From Dehalococcoidia bacterium (GTDB lineage: Bacteria > Chloroflexota > Dehalococcoidia > Lucifugimonadales > Lucifugimonadaceae): DNA of 64,000 nucleotides. This document shows, piece by piece, positions 17,341 through 25,535 of the stretch. A program made the position numbers and the translations under genes. The stretch lies in the NCBI GenBank assembly GCA_965226685.1, contig CBDDDP010000004.1:1050714-1114713 (forward strand), written 5' to 3'. The notes beneath the pieces are model-generated. The model had not been told where the DNA came from. It saw only the letters and a program-made list of their open reading frames with translations, and made no database searches. Each line of letters opens with the position of its first letter. The first letter of the stretch is position 1.

Positions 17341-18111
17341 TCAACGCAGTATTTGTGCGGTTATCGACATCGCGGCGATCGACGCGGTTTCGGTTCGGAG
17401 AATTCGGTTTCCCAGGCTCGCGATGTCCGCGCCGATGTCGGTTGCGCGCTGCGCCTCCTTGGGTGCAAACCCGCCGACCGGACCGAGTACTAGTGCAAGT
17501 TTGTAGGGTGGTTGAGGCCCGCTGCGAAGCGTTGCGAGGAGATCGGCCAACATCGGTTCGCGAGCACCTTCCCACAGCAATATTGAGGTCGCTCCATCAT
17601 CGGAAAGTCGTGCCAACACCGAATTCATTGATTCTGGATCGGCGATTGGAGGAACGCGCACCCTTCCGGATAACTCGGCGGCCTCGAGGACGATGCGATT
17701 CCACCTAGCCATTCGATTCTCACCGATCGTCGAATCAGACTTGAGTACGCGATCGGTGAGGACGGGTAGGAACTCGCTCGCGCCGAGTTCGGTGCATTTC
17801 GCTAGTGCCAACTCGTAGCGCTGGGGGCGTGTTAATGCCATCACCATAGCAACGTGAGTCTTCATTTCGACGTTGGGTTCACTGACTCCCGAAAGGTGGA
17901 CCGAAACTGGCTGTGAACCTCGTTCGGTGACTTCGATTGAAGCTAACTCGGCTGTCCATTCGCGTCCATCGCCCGTGAATATTGCGATCTTCTCACCTGG
18001 ATGTAACCGCAAGACGTTACGAATTTGGTGCGAAGTGTTTTCGGGCAACGATATTTGGCTACCGATTTCGAGCGAACGCGCCGATGACGGCTCAAGGTAA
18101 AATCGGTGCAT
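17341..18111 (-). CDS. rsmE: 16S rRNA (uracil1498-N3)-methyltransferase
   Basis: 256 aa with MHRFYLEP start, PUA-like N-terminus and C-terminal LGNRILRTETASIAA. Confidence 0.85.
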   Translation of the reverse strand: MHRFYLEPSSARSLEIGSQISLPENTSHQIRNVLRLHPGEKIAIFTGDGREWTAELASIEVTERGSQPVSVHLSGVSEPNVEMKTHVAMVMALTRPQRYELALAKCTELGASEFLPVLTDRVLKSDSTIGENRMARWNRIVLEAAELSGRVRVPPIADPESMNSVLARLSDDGATSILLWEGAREPMLADLLATLRSGPQPPYKLALVLGPVGGFAPKEAQRATDIGADIASLGNRILRTETASIAAMSITAQILR

Positions 18112-18113
18112 GG

Positions 18114-19079
18114 CTAGGATTTCGTTTCGTCATTCGACTTGACGATGCGTAGCATGACCCAATCGCCATCTTGTCGCGTTTCCGAAATTTCGATTCGTCT
18201 CGTGTTGATGAATGCATCGCGCACCACATCTGATTGCTCCGCCAATATGCCCGATGCCAGTATCGTGCCGCCCGGATTGGCTTGATCGACGATCGCGTTG
18301 GCGAGATCGATGAGGACACGCGAGGTGATGTTTGCCAACACGTAGTCAAATTTGATATCAGGCAACTCTGCGTGAGGTACCGAACCACACAAAACGTGAG
18401 CGCGTTCGGAGACACCAGACATCACGAGGTTGTCTCGAACTGCCCTAATCGCGGTTTCGTCGATGTCTAAACACCACGCTTCACTGGCACCCGACTTCAG
18501 GGTGACGATCGTCAGCACCCCCGAACCGCAACCGACATCCAAGACGCGGGCACCGGCCATTCTGTTTGCATCAGCATCTTCGATAACCCCTTTCAAACAG
18601 AGCCTCGTTGTCGGATGGTTCCCGGTGCCGAAAGCTAATCCCGGTGACAGGTAAACTTGCACGTCGTCGTTTTCCGGAGCTGTAGGAACACCGTCTTCTA
18701 AGGACCATGGCGAGATGGTTATCCGATCGGCCACCCGGATCGTGGGGAAGGATTGGTTCGCCCATTCGTCGGCGGTGACGATGCGTTCGTGGTGCGGCTC
18801 CATGTCGGTCAGTTCCGACATCAGGCGCAATCCGATGCCGATCATTCCCTTGCGGTTTTCTACGGTGTCGTCGTTCTTGAGGTAGCAGAAGACCGTGACG
18901 TCGTCGTTCGGGTTGGCGTCACCGCCGACATCGTCGGCATCCCATTCGCCGGATTGCGATACGAAGACGCGGCCGTCACCGTAGGTAGTGAAGAGATGAG
19001 TAACTGGTTCGGCGTATTCGGCCGGCAGCTTTACGCGAATCTCCAGCCAATTCTCAGGGTCAGGTTCACGCGAATTCAT
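18114..19079 (-). CDS. prmA: ribosomal protein L11 methyltransferase
   Basis: 321 aa with GLAFGTGNHPTTRLCL and the SAM motif VLDVGCGSGVL. Confidence 0.9.
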   Translation of the reverse strand: MNSREPDPENWLEIRVKLPAEYAEPVTHLFTTYGDGRVFVSQSGEWDADDVGGDANPNDDVTVFCYLKNDDTVENRKGMIGIGLRLMSELTDMEPHHERIVTADEWANQSFPTIRVADRITISPWSLEDGVPTAPENDDVQVYLSPGLAFGTGNHPTTRLCLKGVIEDADANRMAGARVLDVGCGSGVLTIVTLKSGASEAWCLDIDETAIRAVRDNLVMSGVSERAHVLCGSVPHAELPDIKFDYVLANITSRVLIDLANAIVDQANPGGTILASGILAEQSDVVRDAFINTRRIEISETRQDGDWVMLRIVKSNDETKS

Positions 19080-19127
19080 ACAGAGTGCGTGGTCGGCGTC
19101 GGCGCGCAGTTTGGAAGCTACGCGAGA

Positions 19128-20291
19128 TTAACCGGTGAAGGCGCCTTTTAACCAGCTCCAAATCCCGTCGTCGGCACCTTGATTGCCATATGAGATTTCG
19201 TTTTGGACAATGATCGGATCCAAGGCGCGTTCGTCGGTCTCGCGCATGGTTTCACCGAGTTCTCGGACGAGTTTCTTTTGTTTCTGAGTCAAGGATCGCG
19301 GCGTGATGACGGCGATCTGGACGATCTGATCTCCGCGTGGTCCGTCGTTTCGCAGGCGCGGAACACCCAACCCGCGCATGATGAACTGCTGACCAGTCTG
19401 GACGCCGGGTTCGATTCTGACTTCTATGTCGTCTTCGAGGGTGGGCACGGCGATCATGCCGCCCAACATTGCGGATACGACGTTCAGTTCTGCGCGGATA
19501 AAAACATCGTTGCCGCTGCGCGTGAACACACGGTCAGGTTCTACGTGAACTCGGACGTATAGATCGCCAGCGTGTCCGCCGAACTCACCCACATCGCCTT
19601 GCCCCCGCATGACGATACGCGTGCCATCGTCGACTCCGGGCGGGATATCGATCGAGATTTTGCGTCGATTGTTGGATACTCCGGTTGCGTTGCATTGCGT
19701 ACATGCGCGCTCGACTTTGGTTCCGGCGCCGCGGCACGTCGAACATTCGCTGATCTGCTCGAAATTGCCGAACAGGGTTCGTTGGGCGCGTCGTACTTTG
19801 CCGGTGCCATTACAAGTTGGGCATGTTTTGGTTGTGCTTCCGGGCTCGCCACGGGTTCCGTGGCACCGCGAGCAGACCTCGCGTCGCATTACGTCGGTCT
19901 CGCGGCTGGTACCGAAGATGGCGTCGCGAAATGAAACGCTCAGCGCAAACTCGACGTCTCTGCCGCGCCGGTTTCGAGTTCCGGCAGCACCACCGAAGAA
20001 CGATTCGAAGATGTCGCCGAAACCACCGAAATCGTTGAATCCTTCGAAGCCTCGGCCAGCCTGACCGTTCACGCCCTGATGTCCGAAGCGATCGTAACGG
20101 GCGCGGCTCTCCGAGTCGATGAGGACCTGATACGCCTCATTGATCTCCTTGAAACGTTCGGTCGCACCCTCTTCGCGGTTGCGGTCGGGGTGATACTGCA
20201 ACGCTTGTCGCCGGAATGCCTTTTTGATGTCCTCCTCGTTTGCGGTACGAGGAATCTCCAGCACTTCGTAATAGTCGCGCTTTTCGCTCAT
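19128..20291 (-). CDS. dnaJ: molecular chaperone DnaJ
   Basis: 387 aa. J domain (DYYEVLEI...HPDRN), G/F region, and four CxxCxGxG zinc repeats (CSRCHGTG, CPTCNGTG, CSTCRGAG, CTQCNATG). Confidence 0.95.
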   Translation of the reverse strand: MSEKRDYYEVLEIPRTANEEDIKKAFRRQALQYHPDRNREEGATERFKEINEAYQVLIDSESRARYDRFGHQGVNGQAGRGFEGFNDFGGFGDIFESFFGGAAGTRNRRGRDVEFALSVSFRDAIFGTSRETDVMRREVCSRCHGTRGEPGSTTKTCPTCNGTGKVRRAQRTLFGNFEQISECSTCRGAGTKVERACTQCNATGVSNNRRKISIDIPPGVDDGTRIVMRGQGDVGEFGGHAGDLYVRVHVEPDRVFTRSGNDVFIRAELNVVSAMLGGMIAVPTLEDDIEVRIEPGVQTGQQFIMRGLGVPRLRNDGPRGDQIVQIAVITPRSLTQKQKKLVRELGETMRETDERALDPIIVQNEISYGNQGADDGIWSWLKGAFTG

Positions 20292-20339
20292 GGAATTGGT
20301 GCCGTTCTAGCGGAGAGATGTGCCGGATGTATAGGTCGA

Positions 20340-21377
20340 TCAGTTGCTGCCGGTGCGGTCTCGGTTGACCAAGGCGTCTAAGGACTCGGCGGCAAAGCTG
20401 ATCGTCGGGATCGCTCGGCCGTATGCGGTCCTCATTGGCGAAATCGTACCGACCACGCCTCTTGCGTTGACTGCGCCGCCGTAACCGCACATGATGAGGC
20501 TGTAGTCACACAGTTCAGGGCGAGCGTTGTCAGATCCGATAGCGACGACTGGTTGTGCGCCGTAGGTCACTCCGGAGGTTAGGTCGGCGAACGCGTCGTC
20601 GTTTTCGAGAGCCGAGAGTGCCAGTGCGCCTTTCTCGGGTTGTGCGGCCAATTCGGGATCTGATATGAAATGGCGGAAGCCGCTCATGTAGCGGACGCCG
20701 GGAACTGAATCGGCGCGTACCAACGCTTCGATCGTGGTTTGCCATACTTGCCGTTCAAAATCGTCTTCGATGTCTTCGCGATCTCGACTCGCGACAAGCT
20801 CTTCAACGCGTTTGCCTGAGACTTGCGCTGAAACTTTATTTCTGGTTCGCTCGAGCATCGGGTCGGTGATGGCCTCTTCAAGCTCGATCAGTTGCCGGTA
20901 GACCCGCGCCTCCTGCAATACGAGCACCAGCATGATCAACATGTCGTGCATACGCAGCAACTCGATCTGTTTGACATTCGGCATTTTGGCGCGCGGGGCG
21001 GTGATGAAAGCGAGTGCACCGATCAAGTCGGCGATCACCGAGGCAGTTATCTGCACCCATGCGTCAATGTCATCTGGAGCGACGTCGATTTGGTGCTGCA
21101 ATAGCGTGACCAAGTTGTCTGGCGGCGGCGGAGAGTCTCCCAATCCACCAACGAAGTGGCGGTACCCCTTCTCCGACGGGATAGCGCCGGACGAAGAATG
21201 AGGCCGCAACAGGTATCCTTCGTCGATGAGAAAGCCCATCTCGTTGCGGATGGTAGCGCTGCTGACGTTGAATCCGCCGGAATTGGCGACCGCGTTGGAT
21301 GAAACCGGCATCGCAGTCGAAATATAGTCGTCGACGATGAAGGTTAGAATTGTGCTTCTTCGTTCAGGCAGGGCCAT
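20340..21377 (-). CDS. hrcA: heat-inducible transcriptional repressor HrcA
   Basis: 345 aa. N-terminal winged helix ERRSTILTFIVDDYISTAMPVSSNAV...SSATIRNEMGFLIDEGYLLRPHSSSGAIPSEKGYRHFV. Confidence 0.9.
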   Translation of the reverse strand: MALPERRSTILTFIVDDYISTAMPVSSNAVANSGGFNVSSATIRNEMGFLIDEGYLLRPHSSSGAIPSEKGYRHFVGGLGDSPPPPDNLVTLLQHQIDVAPDDIDAWVQITASVIADLIGALAFITAPRAKMPNVKQIELLRMHDMLIMLVLVLQEARVYRQLIELEEAITDPMLERTRNKVSAQVSGKRVEELVASRDREDIEDDFERQVWQTTIEALVRADSVPGVRYMSGFRHFISDPELAAQPEKGALALSALENDDAFADLTSGVTYGAQPVVAIGSDNARPELCDYSLIMCGYGGAVNARGVVGTISPMRTAYGRAIPTISFAAESLDALVNRDRTGSN

Positions 21378-21492
21378 GTCAAGACGGTTGGGTCTTACGG
21401 CGTTTATCGACCGCCAAGGCGTCGAACGTATGGCGCAACCTTACGCCAAAAACTGGTCGCGCTCCTATTAACAGAATCTAACACTGTGCGGC

Positions 21493-22065
21493 TCAATGCG
21501 CCATTGATGCACTCCGTTCGCGGTCATCGTCGTCCGTCGGCATCTGGGCTGAAGCGCCGAATCCCTTCGGGTGGATGTCTAGGAGTTCGAAACCTTCGCG
21601 GATGAGTTTCGGTGCCAGCAACAACGAACGGTGGCATCGCGTTGCTTCGCCTTCCGAACACATCACAACTAACCGTTTCCCTCTTGCCAATCGGGAAATT
21701 TCTACAATTCCGGCTTGGAAATCAGGTTCTTTTGCCCTCTGTTCGTACCATTCGTCAACGGACGGATGTTCGGAATCCTTTGACCTGTTTGGGCCTCTCG
21801 GCATGCCGCCCAAGGATTCGCCCGCCCACAGATATTCCACGCCGATCCGCGTTAGGTTGCATTCCAACCGATCGCGATTCGACCAAGGCGCGAATCGCGA
21901 TCGGGGATACGACCTGACGTCGACCAGCATTTCGATTTCATACGGGGCAAGCAGATTAGCGAACCGTTCCCAATTGTGATTGCTGTGACCGATCGTGTAG
22001 ATGATCGGAGAGGTCGTGTTCACGCCACGGGAAATCCGTTCGTTGTGCGGTTGAGCAGGTTGCAT
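21493..22065 (-). CDS. DUF488 domain-containing protein
   Basis: 190 aa with IYTIGHSNH...LVDVRSYPRSRFAPW...GVEYLWAGESLGG, the DUF488 pattern. Confidence 0.75.
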   Translation of the reverse strand: MQPAQPHNERISRGVNTTSPIIYTIGHSNHNWERFANLLAPYEIEMLVDVRSYPRSRFAPWSNRDRLECNLTRIGVEYLWAGESLGGMPRGPNRSKDSEHPSVDEWYEQRAKEPDFQAGIVEISRLARGKRLVVMCSEGEATRCHRSLLLAPKLIREGFELLDIHPKGFGASAQMPTDDDDRERSASMAH

Positions 22066-22155
22066 GATTGTAGGTTGTGACGGAGCGTTTTCGAGCGAAG
22101 TACACTCAGTACCTTAGTTACGTATCTCACGCTTCAACGGAGACCCAGCAAACAC

Positions 22156-22800
22156 ATGGAGATTTCTCTCAACGGACAGAACGCTTTTCTGGTGAAGACT
22201 GCCTCTGGCTCGGTGATCTGCGATCCCGCCGACGAGGAAGAAGCGACGTTCGTGCCGTCATCCGCGGCTGACGATACCGTGGTCACTGCGATATTGAAGA
22301 GCAATCCTCGCAAATCCTCCCTTCGCAATCAAGTCGGCGGCAGCGACACGATTTCGCATCCGGGCGAGTACGAGATTGGCGACTTGGGATTGAGGGGCAT
22401 TGCTTTGCCAGCGAACCCGGAGTCGGAATCGAAGAAGACGATTACATCCTTCCGTATCGACACCGAGGGTTTGGCGGTTTACATGTTGGGATTAGCGAAA
22501 TCGTCTCCGGATGCTCGGACCGCGCAACGCATCGGTAGCGTTGATGTGCTGTTGCTGGACGTTGCCAGGTTGCAGATCGATGTCAAGGAGTTGTCCTCGA
22601 TCATCGGAGCGTTGGATCCGTCATACGTTTTGGTGAATGGTCTCGTGGCGGATGGCAACGAACCCAGCGAAAAACTCAAATCGCTACTCGTAGAGACAGG
22701 TAACGATCAAATGAACAACGAGCCGCAGTTGCGCGTCAGCGTGACTAGGAGCTCGTTGCCTGCAGACCGTCAACTCGTGGTCTTGCGTCCTCGGGCGTAG
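22156..22800 (+). CDS. hypothetical protein, possibly a degenerate metallo-beta-lactamase-fold protein
   Basis: The N-terminus MEISLNGQNAFLVKTASGSVICDP resembles the first strands of UPF0173-type MBL-fold hydrolases, but no HxHxDH motif is present. Confidence 0.35.
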   Translation: MEISLNGQNAFLVKTASGSVICDPADEEEATFVPSSAADDTVVTAILKSNPRKSSLRNQVGGSDTISHPGEYEIGDLGLRGIALPANPESESKKTITSFRIDTEGLAVYMLGLAKSSPDARTAQRIGSVDVLLLDVARLQIDVKELSSIIGALDPSYVLVNGLVADGNEPSEKLKSLLVETGNDQMNNEPQLRVSVTRSSLPADRQLVVLRPRA

Positions 22801-22820
22801 CGTTATCGAAGCTCGAAATC

Positions 22821-22859
22821 AAAGCGACCGCCGGGAATTGATCTCGGCGGTCGCTTTTT
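22821..22859. terminator. bidirectional intrinsic terminator
   Basis: AAAGCGACCGCCG-(11 nt)-CGGCGGTCGCTTTTT: a 13-bp perfect stem flanked by A-tract and T-tract, lying between convergent genes ending at 22800 (+) and 22887 (-). Confidence 0.75.
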
Positions 22860-22886
22860 GGTTGCTTGTCAGGCGTTGCAGCTAGC

Positions 22887-23891
22887 TTAAGCCTCTGCGT
22901 TGGACTTTCTTGAGTATTGCCAGGCAGCGATACCTATCAGCAGCAGCACGAGGACGATTGCTAGCGGCAAGGTTGCGTTGAATCCGCCGCCGGTATCTTC
23001 GGGCTCCGGATTGTTGGTCAATGGCGTTGGGATTCCTGTCGGAGGCGATGACGTTGGGGATGGCACCAGATTTGAGGTTAGTGGACTCGATGATGGAGTT
23101 GCGGTCGCGGTTAAGGTTGGTGGGATTGAAGACGGGCTCGGCGTGGCAGTCGGTGCGATTGGAGACGGGCTCGGCATCGCGGTTGAAGTCGGTCGCGGCG
23201 TGGCGGTCGGTGCGATTGGAGACGGACTTGGCGTCGCGGTTGAGGTCGGGGACGGCGTGGCGGTCGGTGCGATTGGAGACGGGCTCGACGTCGCGATTGA
23301 GGTCGGGGACGGTTCGGGCGTGTTCGTAGCCGTTGGGATGGGTGTTGGCGTCGGATCGGGCAAGGACGGAAAATCAAGGTCGAGTTCACGTACGATCCCG
23401 AAGACAAACGTGCACTCGAAACACACCTCTCCTGTGAATTCATTGACGATTGCATAGTAGTTTTTGACACTCGACTTGACTTGACCTTCTAGCCAAAACT
23501 CCACTTCGGAGCCGATCAGATCGAGCTCGTGCGGGGGAGCGACCCCCAAGTTAGCGTACTCGAATGGTTTGTTGGGATCCGCACCTACAGTGACTGGGTA
23601 TGACTCCCACGCGTCGCCGATTCGCGCAGTGATTTCGAATCCTGAGTATGCTGGAGTTTCACCGTTTATCGTCACTCTGCCATTGAAAATGACCGCTTCA
23701 ATAGGGGTTGCCGACACGTTGTTCGGCTGATGTAATTCAGGATCGTTGGAATGGGCGCCAATTGACGTACCGCCGTGGACGACGGTGGTCATGACGACGA
23801 TCAGGACCAACATCGCGAGATTGATGCGCGGACGTCGAAAACGGGTCCGTGGGCAAAATCGATAGGTCGTGTTTGACGGGGTGGTCACCAT
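22887..23891 (-). CDS. Pro/Thr-stalked envelope protein, paralog 1 (one globular module)
   Basis: 334 aa. N-terminal basic segment plus helix (RFRRPRINLAMLVLIVVMTTVV), one ~110-aa module, a PT stalk, and the C-terminal [40 protein letters not shown]. Confidence 0.75.
   Translation of the reverse strand: MVTTPSNTTYRFCPRTRFRRPRINLAMLVLIVVMTTVVHGGTSIGAHSNDPELHQPNNVSATPIEAVIFNGRVTINGETPAYSGFEITARIGDAWESYPVTVGADPNKPFEYANLGVAPPHELDLIGSEVEFWLEGQVKSSVKNYYAIVNEFTGEVCFECTFVFGIVRELDLDFPSLPDPTPTPIPTATNTPEPSPTSIATSSPSPIAPTATPSPTSTATPSPSPIAPTATPRPTSTAMPSPSPIAPTATPSPSSIPPTLTATATPSSSPLTSNLVPSPTSSPPTGIPTPLTNNPEPEDTGGGFNATLPLAIVLVLLLIGIAAWQYSRKSNAEA
23004..23363 (-). repeat. in-frame Pro/Thr/Ser-rich stalk with ~57-bp tandem units
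   Basis: Encodes the unit PSPSPIAPTATP(S/R)PTSTA(T/M) about 2.6 times (about 23136-23285) within a longer PT/S tract. Confidence 0.85.
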
Positions 23892-24041
23892 AGGGCGCGG
23901 CCCGATGCCGGATTGAGTTTCGTGTCAGGCTGATTCCATGCTAGTAGAAACGGTCTGTTGATTACCATGGCTAGTCGTCTCGACGGTCTAAGCAATATCA
24001 GTTCTAGGACTGGTCACTGTTAACCAACGAAATTGTTTACC

Positions 24042-24082
24042 AAAAAGCGACCGCCGGGAGTTCATCTCAGCGGTCGCTTTTT
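24042..24082 (-). terminator. intrinsic terminator (near-copy of the one at 22821-22859)
   Basis: AAAAAGCGACCGC-(15 nt)-GCGGTCGCTTTTT, immediately downstream of the paralog-2 stop. The stem sequence is the same as in the 22821 hairpin. Confidence 0.75.
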
Positions 24083-24109
24083 GGTTGTTTGTCCGGCGTT
24101 GCAGCTAGC

Positions 24110-25525
24110 TTATGCCTCTACGTTGGACTTTCTTGAGTTTTGCCATCCAAAGTAGCCAGCGATACCTATCAGCAGCAATACGAGGATGATTGCTAGCGGC
24201 AAGGTTGCGTTGAATCCGCCGCCGGTATCTTCCGGTTCTGGTGCTACGGTCGGTGGAACCGCGGTTGCAGTAGCCGGTATCGGCGTCGCAGTCGGCGGAA
24301 CCGGAGTTTCGGTCGGCGGAACTGGCGTCTCAGTCGGTGGGATTGGTGTTGCAGTTGGCGGAACTGGCGTCTCAGTCGGCGGGATTGGTGTTGCAGTTGG
24401 CGGAACCGGCGTCTCAGTCGGTGGGATTGGTGTTGCAGTTGGCGGAACCGGCGTAGCCGTGGGTTCCGGCGTTGCAGTCGGTTCCGGCGTAGCCGTGGGC
24501 TCGGGTGTCGCAGTCGGCTCAGGTGTAGCCGTGGGTTCCGGCGTCGCAGTCGGTTCCGGCGTCGCAGTCGGTTCCGGCGTCGCAGTCGGTTCCGGCGTGT
24601 AGGTTGCGGTGGGCTCGGGCGTCGGAGTGGGCGCGAGCGCTGGGAAGAATAGCCGCACGTCAGCTGGTTGACCAGCAGTGAAGATGCCGGGTGTCTCGGC
24701 TTCGAGAGTCTTGTTCGGGTTGGTCGGATCGCCTTTGTCGATCACGAAGAAGCGGATTGGTAAACCATCATCACCGTTGTCCTCGGTCGTGATTCCAAGG
24801 TTGTAGGTTCCTTCAAACACGGTTACGTTGTTGGACCGGAGTCGGGTACCGACCACTGCGTAGATTTGGTAACCGTCAGGGACGAGTCCTGCAGACGTAT
24901 AAGCTTGGCCAGTGAAAAGAGTCACGGTCGGACCAGCGCCAGATTGGCCGCCTGAGGGTACGGGTGTCGGCGCGGTCGCTTCGGGGAACGCAGGGAAATC
25001 GAGTTGTACGGTCCTAAAAATCGGGAGGCCGATCGGCTCGTTTATTAAGATGCTTCCGTCCGGAGCGATGATCGCATAGTAGTTAGAAGTCGTGGCTTCG
25101 ACCGTGCCGCCTAGCAGGAACTTCACTTCGTGGCCGAGCAACTCGGCTGGAGGGCTGACGGTGAGGTCTTCGAAGCCGTTGAGATCAGGTGTACCATCGC
25201 CGAGTGTAACGGGATCCGAGATCCATTCGCCGACCTGCGCGTACAACGTCAAACCCTCCAAGTCGAACGGTGAGCCCGCGACGGTCACTCGACCATCAAA
25301 AATCACGGCGGCGAGTTGCGGGGGTAACTGAGACTGTGCTTGAGCGTCATCGCGTGTGCCGAACATCGTGGCAGCCATCGCGATGGATGTGATCAACAAT
25401 AAACCGAACGTGAATGTCCAAACTCGGGTACTCCCCGCCCGCAATCGGTTCCGGAATCCAACCTTCATGGGGCTGTCGATGGGTCGTTGATTCTCGGTTT
25501 TGTCACGCTCGATTGAGTAGTACAT
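24110..25525 (-). CDS. Pro/Thr-stalked envelope protein, paralog 2 (two globular modules)
   Basis: The ORF is open to GTG 25534. ATG 25525 is preceded by GAGGTGA overlapping the upstream stop. Architecture: signal/anchor [19 protein letters not shown], two modules, (PEPTAT)n and ([14 protein letters not shown])n stalk, and C-terminal [43 protein letters not shown]. Confidence 0.75.
   Translation of the reverse strand: MYYSIERDKTENQRPIDSPMKVGFRNRLRAGSTRVWTFTFGLLLITSIAMAATMFGTRDDAQAQSQLPPQLAAVIFDGRVTVAGSPFDLEGLTLYAQVGEWISDPVTLGDGTPDLNGFEDLTVSPPAELLGHEVKFLLGGTVEATTSNYYAIIAPDGSILINEPIGLPIFRTVQLDFPAFPEATAPTPVPSGGQSGAGPTVTLFTGQAYTSAGLVPDGYQIYAVVGTRLRSNNVTVFEGTYNLGITTEDNGDDGLPIRFFVIDKGDPTNPNKTLEAETPGIFTAGQPADVRLFFPALAPTPTPEPTATYTPEPTATPEPTATPEPTATPEPTATPEPTATPEPTATPEPTATPEPTATPVPPTATPIPPTETPVPPTATPIPPTETPVPPTATPIPPTETPVPPTETPVPPTATPIPATATAVPPTVAPEPEDTGGGFNATLPLAIILVLLLIGIAGYFGWQNSRKSNVEA
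24236..24634 (-). repeat. in-frame tandem repeats: 18-bp (PEPTAT) x ~8 and 42-bp ([14 protein letters not shown]) x ~3
   Basis: Directly visible on the plus strand as ggttccggcgtcgcagtc reiterations (about 24455-24600) and ggcggaacYggcgtctcagtcggYgggattggtgttgcagtt x3 (about 24285-24450). Confidence 0.9.
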
Positions 25526-25535
25526 TCGGCTCACC

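Noticed and set aside
21378-21492. CIRCE operator upstream of hrcA
   Set aside because: I looked for TTAGCACTC-N9-GAGTGCTAA and close variants on both strands. Only an isolated GCACTC occurs, inside the DUF488 gene, with no partner arm.
24285-24600. Regular short direct repeats that could be mistaken for a CRISPR array
   Set aside because: The units (18 and 42 bp) are contiguous with no unique spacers. They are in frame and encode the PT stalk of a long ORF. No cas genes or leader are present.
22887-25534. Calling the C-terminal signal PEP-CTERM because of the literal PEPED
   Set aside because: In PEP-CTERM, as I know it, the PEP sits directly at the start of the hydrophobic helix. Here GGGFNAT intervenes, paralog 3 has no PEP at all, and no exosortase is visible. 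It is left as unclassified.
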